From contig JAQURC010000004.1 of NCBI GenBank assembly GCA_028715785.1, positions 92,662 to 156,661 of the forward strand: a stretch of 64,000 nucleotides of DNA. The letters run 5' to 3'. Under the pieces are notes generated by a model. It did no database searches. It saw nothing but the letters and a program-made list of their open reading frames with translations, and was not told where the DNA came from. The stretch comes from Candidatus Omnitrophota bacterium. GTDB lineage: Bacteria; Omnitrophota; Gorgyraeia; Gygaellales; Profunditerraquicolaceae. This document shows positions 38,989-47,787 of the stretch, piece by piece (positions within the stretch are counted from its first letter, which is position 1; the number at the start of each line of letters is the position of its first letter). A program made the translations under genes and the position numbers.

Positions 38989-41982
38989 TTGACTAACGGA
39001 GATGGCAATATAGCCGAGGAACTCCCTGCGCCCGAAGATTATATTTCTTTGGGAGAAAAACGCCAGCAAGAAGCATTGCGGGCAACCGGAAAACTCGGCC
39101 TTAAGGAGGAAGATATAATATTTTTAAGTTACCCCGATACCGGCTTATCTTCCCTTTGGAGAGAAAGCTACAATGTTAATCGCGAGAATTCAAAAGCTGC
39201 CCCTTATAATTTCTATAAATCAAAAACTACAAAAAAGATTTTTTCTCCTTACAAGATAACTTATAATCATGCAAAGAAGGGATGTACACGGGAGAATCTT
39301 CTATTAGACATTAAGGATATTTTAAAGGAATATAAGCCAAAAAGTATTTATACACCTCATCTTTTAGATGGTTCTCCCGACCATCAAGCAACTACCAGGC
39401 TGGTGTTTGATGCTTTAAATGAATTGGCGGGCACTGGTAGACATAGCTGGATTGGTTCTTTGGGGGTCTCCTATTATCTTATTCATCCCCCGGTTATGGA
39501 ATCAGAACAAGGATATTCTATTTGGCCGGATAAAAATTCGGCATTACTGGATGCCCCCGCCGTCTTTACCGAGAAGCCTCCCCGCAGTGAAAATATCGTT
39601 AGTTTTAAACAAAACAAAAGAGAGGCACTGGAAGAATATCGCACGCAACTGGATACAGAAGAAAAGATTTTCCTGGAGAGTTTTATTAAAGATAACGAAA
39701 TATTCTGGGATGCGCCCCCAGATAAACTAAGCCACCTTAGTGAGGTTAGGGATGAATGGGAAAGAGTTGGCAGGATAATGCAGAATCAGGGATATAATGT
39801 AAATTTTGGAGTAATCGCTGATATCGCTGATTCCCTGGAAAATATGCGTAACCCTTTAGCTAGAAAGGGCCGGATGTATTCCGAGCATTCTTCTTTGGTT
39901 GCGGAATTGGTTCTTTCCGCGGTTACCGGGATGGATAAAACAGGGGTAATACCGGTAGTCAAGCATTTTCCCGGTTTGGGCTCCAATAATGCCGATACGC
40001 ATATTTCACTACCAGTGATAAAAAAATCAAAAAAAGAACTTTATAAACGCGACCTGGTACCCTTTAAAGAGCTGATTAAAAAAAATGTGCATTTCTGGGT
40101 AATGAGCGACCACGCCATTTATCCATATTTAAGCCAAGAACCGGCCTCCTTGTCTTATGCAGTCCAAACTCAGGTTTTGCGGAAAAAACTGGGTTTTGAA
40201 GGCGTAATCATTACCGATGAACTTTTAAATATGCAGGCGATTGAAGAATACGCAAGAATTGAAAAAATTAAAGAACCCTATATCGGCGAGATTATCGTAA
40301 GGGCGTTTCAGTCTGGGGCGGATATTGGCCTATTTTATGTAGATTCTCCCCAACAGGCAAAAAAGGTGATAATAGAGGTAATCAATTCGGTCAAGCAGGC
40401 AGTGGTTAAAGGAAAAATCAAAGAAGAGGAAATAGATGCTTCGGTCAGAAGGATACTTAAAGACAAAGAAAGAATATTTAAACAGCCGCTAGAGCATTTT
40501 CTCAAAGAGATGACCTTGAAAGAAAAAATTTCCCAGAAACTTTTTACAGATGCCTACACTTCTAAAGAAGAAGATACCCGGGAATGGTTAGAAATATTAA
40601 AAGAGTATAATCTTGCGGGCATATTGCCGCGCAATTCTAAAATTATACCACAACTACAAAATAACTCTAAGATCCCGTTATTTATTGCTACCCAGTATGA
40701 AGGAGGGCTAATTACCTATGGCCATAATTTTTGTACGCGCAGTGCGTATATAATGGGCAAGGAATCTGAGCGATTGATTCTTAAGGCAGGGATTAAGATC
40801 CCCTCCCTATCTTTTAGGAAAACAAAAATCAGGCATTTATATAGTGAACGACAAGCATCCTCTTTATTTTCAAAATTAAATAAAGCGAGGCGCCAGGCGT
40901 TGGCCGCTTCTTTGCTTAATAGCATTGATAAACTGATTACGGCCTGGTCAGAGTTGGAGGAAAAAGGATATACCGCGCCAAACCCCAATCATCTTTCCCC
41001 GTTAACGATCTACTCTAACGGAAGATTTGAGATCAAACCGTATGAGGATATGGCGGATTTACCCGTCGCCTGGACAAAAAAATTCCCCGATGAGGATACT
41101 GCCCTGTGCGCTTATTATTTGTTTAAGAAGACATTTGATGATTGGCCGGATAGCCAAAAGAGAGCAGAGGAGGCAAAGAGTATAGTTTCCCGCCTGGTTT
41201 CTTTCAGAGAAAGAGTGGAAGAACAAACAAGCAAAATAGATAAAAGCCGGATACGCATCCTCTGTTTGGCTGGCCATCCTGATGATGAAGATGGCGAAGC
41301 GCTTGCCTATTTCAGCAAGAAATTCAATTGTGAAACTTATGTGCTTTTAGCAACGCGCGGGGAAGGAGGAGAAAATAAAATCGGCTCTGCCCGCAAGGAA
41401 AAATTGGGACTTTTACGCACCAAAGAGATGGAAAAAGCCGCGTCAATTTTAGGGGTAAAAAAAGTATATTATTTAGGCAAGACAGATTTTGGTTATACTT
41501 CTTCTGTGGAAGAGGTATTTAAGCAGTGGGGCAAAGAAGATACATTAGAAAAACTAGTTTATTTTATCCGCCTGATTAAGCCGCAGATTATTATTACTAA
41601 GCACAATGAAGCTAACTCCAGGGAACACGGCCAGCATCAGGCTTTAATTATGTTGGCTAAAGAGGCGTTTGATTTAGCCGGCGGTCCAAGGGTTTACCCC
41701 GGGATGATTGCCGATGGGCGCTTGCCTTGGCAGCCGCTTAAGTTTTATCAAAGGGCTATAGAGATGAATGCTTTCCCAGTAAAAATTACAATTAATCCGG
41801 ATGAGTATATTTTTCCCGGAAATAAAACATACCGCCAAATTTCGATGGAGGCATTGAGACAACATCGCACCCAGGGGATATCCAAATGGTTCAAAGAGAC
41901 CGGAGATGTTTCTTATCAGTTAGTTGCATCTAAAGTTAAGCAAGTATGCCCGGAGGGTTCCTTCTTTGCGGGAATCAATTAA
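38989..41982 (+). CDS. Tri-domain enzyme: PIG-L/LmbE deacetylase - GH3 (NagZ-like beta-N-acetylhexosaminidase) - PIG-L/LmbE deacetylase; true start likely upstream (about 38801) via a frameshift
   Basis: PIG-L motifs (H)PDDE occur twice (ILVFSPHPDDETLACGG upstream in-frame; LAGHPDDEDGEALAY at the C-terminus). GH3 motif KHFPGLGSNNADTHISLPV. See the finding on the T9 frameshift. Confidence 0.65.
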   Translation: MTNGDGNIAEELPAPEDYISLGEKRQQEALRATGKLGLKEEDIIFLSYPDTGLSSLWRESYNVNRENSKAAPYNFYKSKTTKKIFSPYKITYNHAKKGCTRENLLLDIKDILKEYKPKSIYTPHLLDGSPDHQATTRLVFDALNELAGTGRHSWIGSLGVSYYLIHPPVMESEQGYSIWPDKNSALLDAPAVFTEKPPRSENIVSFKQNKREALEEYRTQLDTEEKIFLESFIKDNEIFWDAPPDKLSHLSEVRDEWERVGRIMQNQGYNVNFGVIADIADSLENMRNPLARKGRMYSEHSSLVAELVLSAVTGMDKTGVIPVVKHFPGLGSNNADTHISLPVIKKSKKELYKRDLVPFKELIKKNVHFWVMSDHAIYPYLSQEPASLSYAVQTQVLRKKLGFEGVIITDELLNMQAIEEYARIEKIKEPYIGEIIVRAFQSGADIGLFYVDSPQQAKKVIIEVINSVKQAVVKGKIKEEEIDASVRRILKDKERIFKQPLEHFLKEMTLKEKISQKLFTDAYTSKEEDTREWLEILKEYNLAGILPRNSKIIPQLQNNSKIPLFIATQYEGGLITYGHNFCTRSAYIMGKESERLILKAGIKIPSLSFRKTKIRHLYSERQASSLFSKLNKARRQALAASLLNSIDKLITAWSELEEKGYTAPNPNHLSPLTIYSNGRFEIKPYEDMADLPVAWTKKFPDEDTALCAYYLFKKTFDDWPDSQKRAEEAKSIVSRLVSFRERVEEQTSKIDKSRIRILCLAGHPDDEDGEALAYFSKKFNCETYVLLATRGEGGENKIGSARKEKLGLLRTKEMEKAASILGVKKVYYLGKTDFGYTSSVEEVFKQWGKEDTLEKLVYFIRLIKPQIIITKHNEANSREHGQHQALIMLAKEAFDLAGGPRVYPGMIADGRLPWQPLKFYQRAIEMNAFPVKITINPDEYIFPGNKTYRQISMEALRQHRTQGISKWFKETGDVSYQLVASKVKQVCPEGSFFAGIN

Positions 41983-41986
41983 AAAT

Positions 41987-42454
41987 ATGCCCAAGAAAAA
42001 TAGCTCTTGGAATTATTATCATAAAATCTTGATTGTAGGGACAAGTATTTGGATGCTGCTATTTTCAGCTATCGGAAATATTTACGCTCAAGAACCGGAA
42101 GAGGAGTCATTCAATAGAGGAAAGGATTATTTTAAAAAACAGAAGTATGAGGAAGCACTGATTGCATTTGATGCGGCTATCCACATTAATCCGAAGTACG
42201 CAGATGCTTATTTTTACCGCGGGGTTGTTTATGCGGATAGATACAAATTTGATGAGGCTCTTTTGGATTATGCCAAGGCAATAGAAATTGATCCAAATTT
42301 AAGTTATGTTTATGTTAATCGCGCAATGGTGTATTTTTTAATAAAAGAATATGATAAAAGTTGGGAAGATACGCATAAGGCAGAGTCGTTAGGGTATAAG
42401 GTGGATGAGAAGTTCCTTGAAAGTCTCAAAAAAGCTTCCAACAGGGGAAATTAA
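41987..42454 (+). CDS. TPR-repeat protein, secreted/periplasmic
   Basis: N-terminal hydrophobic segment then three TPR units (YFYRGVVYADRYKFDEALLDYAKAIEIDPN…). ATG 41987 is chosen because it lies just after the upstream stop. Confidence 0.65.
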   Translation: MPKKNSSWNYYHKILIVGTSIWMLLFSAIGNIYAQEPEEESFNRGKDYFKKQKYEEALIAFDAAIHINPKYADAYFYRGVVYADRYKFDEALLDYAKAIEIDPNLSYVYVNRAMVYFLIKEYDKSWEDTHKAESLGYKVDEKFLESLKKASNRGN

Positions 42455-42796
42455 ATGAAAATCATTAATCTAAGCAATAACGCGGTTTTGGCGGATAAGG
42501 CCGGGATGGCGGATACGTTCTGGAAGCGGTTGGTGGGCCTGCTTAACCGCAATTCACTGGAAAAAGGAGAAGCCCTGATCCTAAAGCCGGCAAACAGCAT
42601 CCACACATTTTTTATGCGTTTTCCCATAGACGTTTTATTCCTGGACAAAAACAGCAAGATTATCGCCTTGTTTCCCGTGCTTAGGCCTTTTCGGATTACC
42701 CCTGTTTATTTTGGCGCTTATTTAGCCATTGAATTGCCGGCAGGCACCCTCCAACTTACGCAAACAAAATTAGCAGATAGCATTAAAATCGAATAA
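42455..42796 (+). CDS. DUF192-family protein
   Basis: 113 aa. LILKPANSIHTFFMRFPIDVLFLD matches the DUF192 (COG1430) pattern. Confidence 0.65.
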   Translation: MKIINLSNNAVLADKAGMADTFWKRLVGLLNRNSLEKGEALILKPANSIHTFFMRFPIDVLFLDKNSKIIALFPVLRPFRITPVYFGAYLAIELPAGTLQLTQTKLADSIKIE

Positions 42797-42917
42797 ATGT
42801 CCAATTACCTAATGAATGTTCAAAATAATGTCCAATCTGTATAAAATTATCCCTCTAGACAAAAGAATCCCTCATAACTCGTAACAATTTACCATTGAGA
42901 AGCATGCTGTGTCATTG

Positions 42918-42976
42918 CGAGGAGTTTTAAGATTGCTTCGCTCTCTTCGGTCGCTCGCAACGACACCGAGTGACCT
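42918..42976. repeat. Palindromic repeat element (GTGTCATTGCGAGGAG … CTCGCAACGACAC), family member A
   Basis: 13-bp inverted repeat with an internal GATTGCTTCG core. Related copies at 51613-51720 and 53045-53113. Confidence 0.6.
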
Positions 42977-43045
42977 CCAAAAGCCAGACTGTTACAAAGC
43001 AAGTTTAAATCTCTGGAAACGCTTTCTTTTGTGAGGGATATATAC

Positions 43046-43074
43046 TTGACAAGCACCCCCCTGCGTGGTAATCT
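43046..43074 (+). promoter_or_regulatory. Strong sigma70-like promoter for the pilin gene array
   Basis: TTGACA, 17 nt, TAATCT, about 60 nt upstream of the first pilin ATG. Confidence 0.55.
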
Positions 43075-43135
43075 TTAATTGTAAAATAAAAAGGCGTTTC
43101 TCGACGGTAATTGAAACCGGTTAAGGAGTTATTTT

Positions 43136-43345
43136 ATGGGGTTTATAATGGCTTTTAAAAAGGCCGATAAAAGCCATCTTGCGCCAAGAAAATTCTCCGA
43201 TAAAAAAGCGCAGTCAATATTTGAATACGTAATATTAACGGCCGTGGTAGTGGCAGTTGTTTTGATTTTTGGGCCGTATTTCGATGATATAAAAAAGTCC
43301 TGTACTAAAGCTTTTAATGATGCAGTCACGGAGATCGTAAAATGA
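43136..43345 (+). CDS. Flp-family type IVb pilin 1
   Basis: 69 aa. Class III signal-like KKAQSIFEYVILTAVVVAVVLIF. Confidence 0.7.
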   Translation: MGFIMAFKKADKSHLAPRKFSDKKAQSIFEYVILTAVVVAVVLIFGPYFDDIKKSCTKAFNDAVTEIVK

Positions 43346-43485
43346 GAAACAAAGCGCAAAGCACAATCGAATACGCCTTATTGATTGCCATTGTGGCGGC
43401 GGCATTTTTGGCAATGAACGTCTATATGCAGCGTTCGGTGCAGGCGAATTTTAACGTAATTGAAGAGCAGATAAATACGCCGTAA
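43342..43485 (+). CDS. Flp-family pilin 2 (47 aa; below the ORF-track size cutoff)
   Basis: MRNKAQSTIEYALLIAIVAAAFLAMNVYMQRSVQANFNVIEEQINTP*. ATG overlaps the previous stop (TAAAATGA). Confidence 0.65.
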   Translation: MRNKAQSTIEYALLIAIVAAAFLAMNVYMQRSVQANFNVIEEQINTP

Positions 43486-43505
43486 CAAAAAGGAGGGAAT
43501 TAAAT

Positions 43506-43673
43506 ATGCGTAACAGAAAGGGCCAGAGTATCTTGGAGTACGTAATTGTGTTAACCGTAATAGTTATTGCGGTTGCTCTAGCAGCTAATACTTTAATTAG
43601 ACCCGCGGTGAAACAGGGGTTAGACGATGCTGCTAAAACCATCAACAAAGCTACGGAACAATTGCCAAAATAA
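43506..43673 (+). CDS. Flp-family pilin 3 (55 aa; below the ORF-track cutoff)
   Basis: MRNRKGQSILEYVIVLTVIVIAVALAANTL… has the G/XXXXEY motif. GGAGGG SD. Confidence 0.65.
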   Translation: MRNRKGQSILEYVIVLTVIVIAVALAANTLIRPAVKQGLDDAAKTINKATEQLPK

Positions 43674-43701
43674 TTTAATTTTTAGGGGGAGGTGAACAAA
43701 G

Positions 43702-44052
43702 ATGCTAAACAAAAAGGGCCAGAATACAGCGGAATACGCGATTCTTATCGCCTTGATAATTGCAGCAGCGGTAGGGATGCAGACTTACGTTAAGAGGGGT
43801 TTGCAGGGAAGGGTAAAGGACGTCGTTGATCATACCGGCCAGGAAGCGGAAGTGGGCGGGGCCAATTTGGGCTTTAGCGGCGACCAATATGAGCCATATT
43901 ATGCGGAGTCCGACACAAAGGTAAAAAGCGAGAGGACCGCCGAAGAAACATTGGGTAAACGCGGCGAGATTACCCGCAGTCAGGTAAAAGAAGAAACCAA
44001 GGTTGACGTAGGGGGAGTTGAGAAAGTCCACGGCACAACCGGAGCTGATTAA
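43702..44052 (+). CDS. Flp-like pilin 4 with about 70-aa C-terminal extension
   Basis: MLNKKGQNTAEYAILIALIIAAAVGMQTYVKRGLQGR… SD GGAGGTGAACAAAGATG. Confidence 0.7.
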   Translation: MLNKKGQNTAEYAILIALIIAAAVGMQTYVKRGLQGRVKDVVDHTGQEAEVGGANLGFSGDQYEPYYAESDTKVKSERTAEETLGKRGEITRSQVKEETKVDVGGVEKVHGTTGAD

Positions 44053-44066
44053 GGAGGTGAACAAAG

Positions 44067-44414
44067 ATGTTTAACAAAAAGGGCCAGAGCACATTAGAAT
44101 ACGCGTTGATAACCGCAGTGATAATTGCCGGGCTTTTGCTGATGCAGCATTATATGAAGCATGGTTATGCCGGGAGATTAAAGTCGTCTACCGATGATAT
44201 CGGCGAACAGTATGACCCCAGCAAATACAGCGGAAAATTTAAAGTAACCAATAAGAGCTATACACAGCAGACTCTTAAGGACAAAGCCACAAGTCAGACC
44301 TATCTTGACCTGGGCGGTACCGAGTCCGGCGCCGGCAGGGTGCAGAAAAAAGAAAGCCTTGGCGATGAAAGGGTTGAAAGTTGGGGCCAGGATGAGAGCC
44401 TGTATAGTAAATAA
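44067..44414 (+). CDS. Flp-like pilin 5 with C-terminal extension
   Basis: MFNKKGQSTLEYALITAVIIAGLLLMQHYMKHGYAGR… SD and leader nearly identical to pilin 4. Confidence 0.7.
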   Translation: MFNKKGQSTLEYALITAVIIAGLLLMQHYMKHGYAGRLKSSTDDIGEQYDPSKYSGKFKVTNKSYTQQTLKDKATSQTYLDLGGTESGAGRVQKKESLGDERVESWGQDESLYSK

Positions 44415-44424
44415 AATAACGGCA

Positions 44425-44754
44425 ATGCGCCGGGCGCAAAGCGTGGCTGAATATAGCATTTGTCTGGCATTGGTTTTAGCCGCGCTTTTGGGCATGCAGA
44501 TCTATGTAAAAAGGGGACTGCAGGGCAGATACAAAGAAGCGGTGGACCACGCGGCTAAACAGGCCGCAAGTGCGGCTCAATTGACTACAAGCCCTAAACA
44601 ATATGAGCCATACTATGTCCAGGACAAATTTACAGTTAATCAATCTAAGATAGTCAGTGAAGATATAGGGCATAAAGGCCAAACAACCCGGGATATCCTT
44701 GAGGATAAGGTAGGTATTGAGCAGGGTAGTAAAGCGATAAGGGATGTACAATAA
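44425..44754 (+). CDS. Flp-like pilin 6 with C-terminal extension
   Basis: MRRAQSVAEYSICLALVLAALLGMQIYVKRGLQGR… The internal ATG at 44425 is preferred to the ORF-track start 44305, which overlaps pilin 5. Confidence 0.6.
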   Translation: MRRAQSVAEYSICLALVLAALLGMQIYVKRGLQGRYKEAVDHAAKQAASAAQLTTSPKQYEPYYVQDKFTVNQSKIVSEDIGHKGQTTRDILEDKVGIEQGSKAIRDVQ

Positions 44755-45922
44755 AATGAAAATGCGCAAAACAGGCCAGAGCATAAATGAATATGTGTTG
44801 GTAATCGTCCTGGTTACCTTGGCCGGGATAGGTATGCAGAATTATATTAAGCGGGGCATACAGGGTATAGTGAAGACCTCTGCCGATACGCTGGCTGGTG
44901 AAAAGGGGGATACGGTTGTGTATTCGGGCAGCGACAAGAGTATTTTAACCCGCTATGATCAAGCCGGCAATTTACAGTGGAACCCGGTCGCGGTATCATA
45001 CGAGAGCAGGCTTAGCGGAGGTTTTTTCGTAGCAGAGAAGACCGGCAACCAAGTCCAGTATATTCATTATCCCGATACATCCGATCTTAATAATAAAATA
45101 ATCATCGGCGGCCAGGACCAGGCAAGCGGTGATTTTACCAGCTATGACTGGGAAGGTTACGTAGACGCGGTTTATGATAAAGACGGAAAATTAATAAAGA
45201 AATTTACTCCTCAAGAGGCAAGGGATAATTATTCTAAATATGACATAGTATTATTAAGTTCCGCGGCGGCCAAATCCATGGTTCAAAATGGAGTAGTTGA
45301 GCGAGGACTAATTGAATTTGGATATAAGGACCCTTTAAAACCACTAACGTTTAATACCCCCACCCCCAGAAAAATCACTGTGAAGACGTATTCAAAGTAT
45401 AGCGGCCCGAAAAGTTTAGCGTTAGCGGATTGGCATCCGGCCATGACAGCGTATAAAGAAAAAATGGAAGAAGATAAGATCGGGGGGTTTATTCAAACAG
45501 AAATAAAAGGCAGTATGGTTTATTACTACACCTTTACTACCAACCCTAAAGATAGAGTACTTATCGGCGGAGAGGATACCCGCACAGGTGATTTTACAGG
45601 ATTTGACCCGGATGGTTTTCCTGTATCGACCGTAGATGGCAAACTCAACGTGCTTAGGACATATAGCGGTTATCTAACTGACCCGGAAACAGAAGAAATT
45701 GTGGGCGTAACCGGCAGCGACGGCAAAATTTATGGGCAGCACCAAATAGTAACAATAAGCCCTGCTCTTCAAACTACCGGTCCGGCAACAGTTGCTATTC
45801 CGATGAGGACAAAGACCATAGACAATGATACGACTCAGGTTACAGGCGCTTGGGAGGCAACTTATAAATTAGGTACGGATATCTATAAACCGAAGGGCAA
45901 TACGCCCCCAATAAAAAAATAA
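44744..45922 (+). CDS. Flp-like N-terminus fused to about 350-aa C-terminal domain (pilin-like adhesin/minor pilin 7)
   Basis: MKMRKTGQSINEYVLVIVLVTLAGIGMQNYIKRGIQG… then a large Gly/Thr/Tyr-rich globular region. Start may be 44756. Confidence 0.65.
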   Translation: MYNKMKMRKTGQSINEYVLVIVLVTLAGIGMQNYIKRGIQGIVKTSADTLAGEKGDTVVYSGSDKSILTRYDQAGNLQWNPVAVSYESRLSGGFFVAEKTGNQVQYIHYPDTSDLNNKIIIGGQDQASGDFTSYDWEGYVDAVYDKDGKLIKKFTPQEARDNYSKYDIVLLSSAAAKSMVQNGVVERGLIEFGYKDPLKPLTFNTPTPRKITVKTYSKYSGPKSLALADWHPAMTAYKEKMEEDKIGGFIQTEIKGSMVYYYTFTTNPKDRVLIGGEDTRTGDFTGFDPDGFPVSTVDGKLNVLRTYSGYLTDPETEEIVGVTGSDGKIYGQHQIVTISPALQTTGPATVAIPMRTKTIDNDTTQVTGAWEATYKLGTDIYKPKGNTPPIKK

Positions 45923-45924
45923 TT

Positions 45925-46314
45925 ATGTTACTACAAATGAATAAAAAATATAGATTAGGCAGACCAAACGCGCAATCGACACTGGAATACGCCATCGTGG
46001 TTGCTTGCATAGTAGCGGCGCTTATAGGGATGCAGTTTTACGTAAGGCGGGGAATCCAGGGAAGGCTAAGAGCGGCAGGGGATGAGATCGGCGAGCAGTA
46101 TACTCCACTTAACGTGGAATCAAAAATTACTACAGAAACAACTTCAAATACGACAATAAGCCAGAGCCTGGTCCCCTTAAAAAAGGACGGTAACCCTATA
46201 TTTGACCAGTATGGTTTACCTGTGTATGGAATGAAAACAGAAGCGGGTATTGATGAAACTACCTCCAAAAGCGGAAAAGAAACATTAGGGGAGTTTGAAA
46301 ATGGTTTATTTTAA
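45925..46314 (+). CDS. Flp-like pilin 8 with C-terminal extension
   Basis: …RPNAQSTLEYAIVVACIVAALIGMQFYVRRGIQGR…. Confidence 0.65.
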   Translation: MLLQMNKKYRLGRPNAQSTLEYAIVVACIVAALIGMQFYVRRGIQGRLRAAGDEIGEQYTPLNVESKITTETTSNTTISQSLVPLKKDGNPIFDQYGLPVYGMKTEAGIDETTSKSGKETLGEFENGLF

Positions 46315-47332
46315 TAAAAAAGCGCAAAGTTTAACCGAGTTATCTGCTTTTGGCTCGGTACTTTTATTGGCGTTGTCTTTTCTTATAAGTTATGGGATGC
46401 GTTATAATTACCAGCAGGATATACAGATGCGCGCTTTTCGCACGGCCCTGGCTGAGGCCTATAACGTTACGCGGCCCGATGCCTCAGCTTCGGTTGTGCT
46501 GCTTAATGATAAGCATGTACCCGATCCCCGCGATATGTTTGGTGTAGGTAATATTGTTCCGGTGCAAGCCGAAGCCGAAGTAATCTGGGGCAACACTCTG
46601 CAGGATAAATATACCGACCTCACAGATAGATCACGTTTGCCCCGGAAGAAATATGTGGTTAACGGCAAAGAATACGAATATAGGACTGCAGGCTTTGGTT
46701 TCATTACCAATGCTGTTAAGATCGACGGTAGTGCTGCCAATCCATTTTACGTAATGCTTCCTAATAACAATGAACCACAGCTTGTGACTTGGGATAAGCT
46801 GCGTTGTTATCAACCCACCGGAGATTTACCTAAACAAGCAATGATTTTGCTGAATCCCGAAGCAGCTGATGCCGACAAACAAAAAGAAATAATCACTGAA
46901 GTTTATTTAAAGCGGGGAGAAAAATTGTATGTAAAGTATCAGGTTATCGGAGTAAGGACTGATCCTCCTACCGCTTCTGATGGAGCCTCGATTGACCGGT
47001 TGGATTTATTAAGCCCGGATTCAGGCGAGATTAATCCCAATTATACTCAGTTAAACAATGATGTTGATAATGATGGTATTCCGGATGTGACTCCCAATAA
47101 TCTCCAAGGGCTATTGTTTAATGATGAGCAGAATATCAGGCGCAGCGGCACGCTTACAATAGAAGAAACTCCCCAAAAAACTATAAGCACCAGCACATAT
47201 AGTTTTAGCAATAAAGCCGGGAAACCTACGACGATTACGCATAAAATTAGAGATAATTCCGGGGTGATTATGCCTGTCAGCTCTCCTTTTGATGGAAGGA
47301 CCAGGATATCCGAATGGACAACGCCAAAGTAA
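46295..47332 (+). CDS. TadE/TadF-like pseudopilin with large C-terminal domain
   Basis: 345 aa. KKAQSLTELSAFGSVLLLALSFLISYG is a TadE-like N-terminus. Confidence 0.6.
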   Translation: MKMVYFNKKAQSLTELSAFGSVLLLALSFLISYGMRYNYQQDIQMRAFRTALAEAYNVTRPDASASVVLLNDKHVPDPRDMFGVGNIVPVQAEAEVIWGNTLQDKYTDLTDRSRLPRKKYVVNGKEYEYRTAGFGFITNAVKIDGSAANPFYVMLPNNNEPQLVTWDKLRCYQPTGDLPKQAMILLNPEAADADKQKEIITEVYLKRGEKLYVKYQVIGVRTDPPTASDGASIDRLDLLSPDSGEINPNYTQLNNDVDNDGIPDVTPNNLQGLLFNDEQNIRRSGTLTIEETPQKTISTSTYSFSNKAGKPTTITHKIRDNSGVIMPVSSPFDGRTRISEWTTPK

Positions 47333-47571
47333 AGGCGCAAGTTGCGCTTGAATTTGTCACTGCCTTTATTTGCACCATTCTTTTATTGGTGCTGACTACG
47401 CAGCTTCTTGTCTGGTTTGGCAATAATATCGTTAACCGGCAGAAGGCATATGAAAGCACGCGGAGCATGGCACTTACCCTGGATACATCTGAACCCGTTG
47501 TCCCCAAAAAAGATTTTTATACGCCTTCTAAATTAAAGATATTCGGAAATACGGAAGAGTTACCAAAATAA
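47314..47571 (+). CDS. TadE-like pseudopilin (small)
   Basis: 85 aa. AQVALEFVTAFICTILLLVLTTQLLVWF. Confidence 0.55.
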   Translation: MDNAKVKAQVALEFVTAFICTILLLVLTTQLLVWFGNNIVNRQKAYESTRSMALTLDTSEPVVPKKDFYTPSKLKIFGNTEELPK

Positions 47572-47576
47572 TTAAA

Positions 47577-47786
47577 ATGAGAAAAAAAGGGATGAGCGTG
47601 GTAGAATATAGCTTGCTGGTTGCCATAGTAATCGCCGCGCTTCTGGCAATGCAGGTTTATGTTAAGCGGGCGGTAAGCGGACGCTGGAAGGAAGCAGGGG
47701 ATGTGTTTGGCTTTGGCAGGCAGACCTCCAAGACGATCCTAAGAACCCAGCCGCCCACAGGCGGCGGCGAATTACCAGGAATGTAA
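47577..47786 (+). CDS. Flp-family pilin 11
   Basis: 69 aa. MRKKGMSVVEYSLLVAIVIAALLAMQVYVKRAVSGR. Confidence 0.65.
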   Translation: MRKKGMSVVEYSLLVAIVIAALLAMQVYVKRAVSGRWKEAGDVFGFGRQTSKTILRTQPPTGGGELPGM

Positions 47787-47787
47787 A

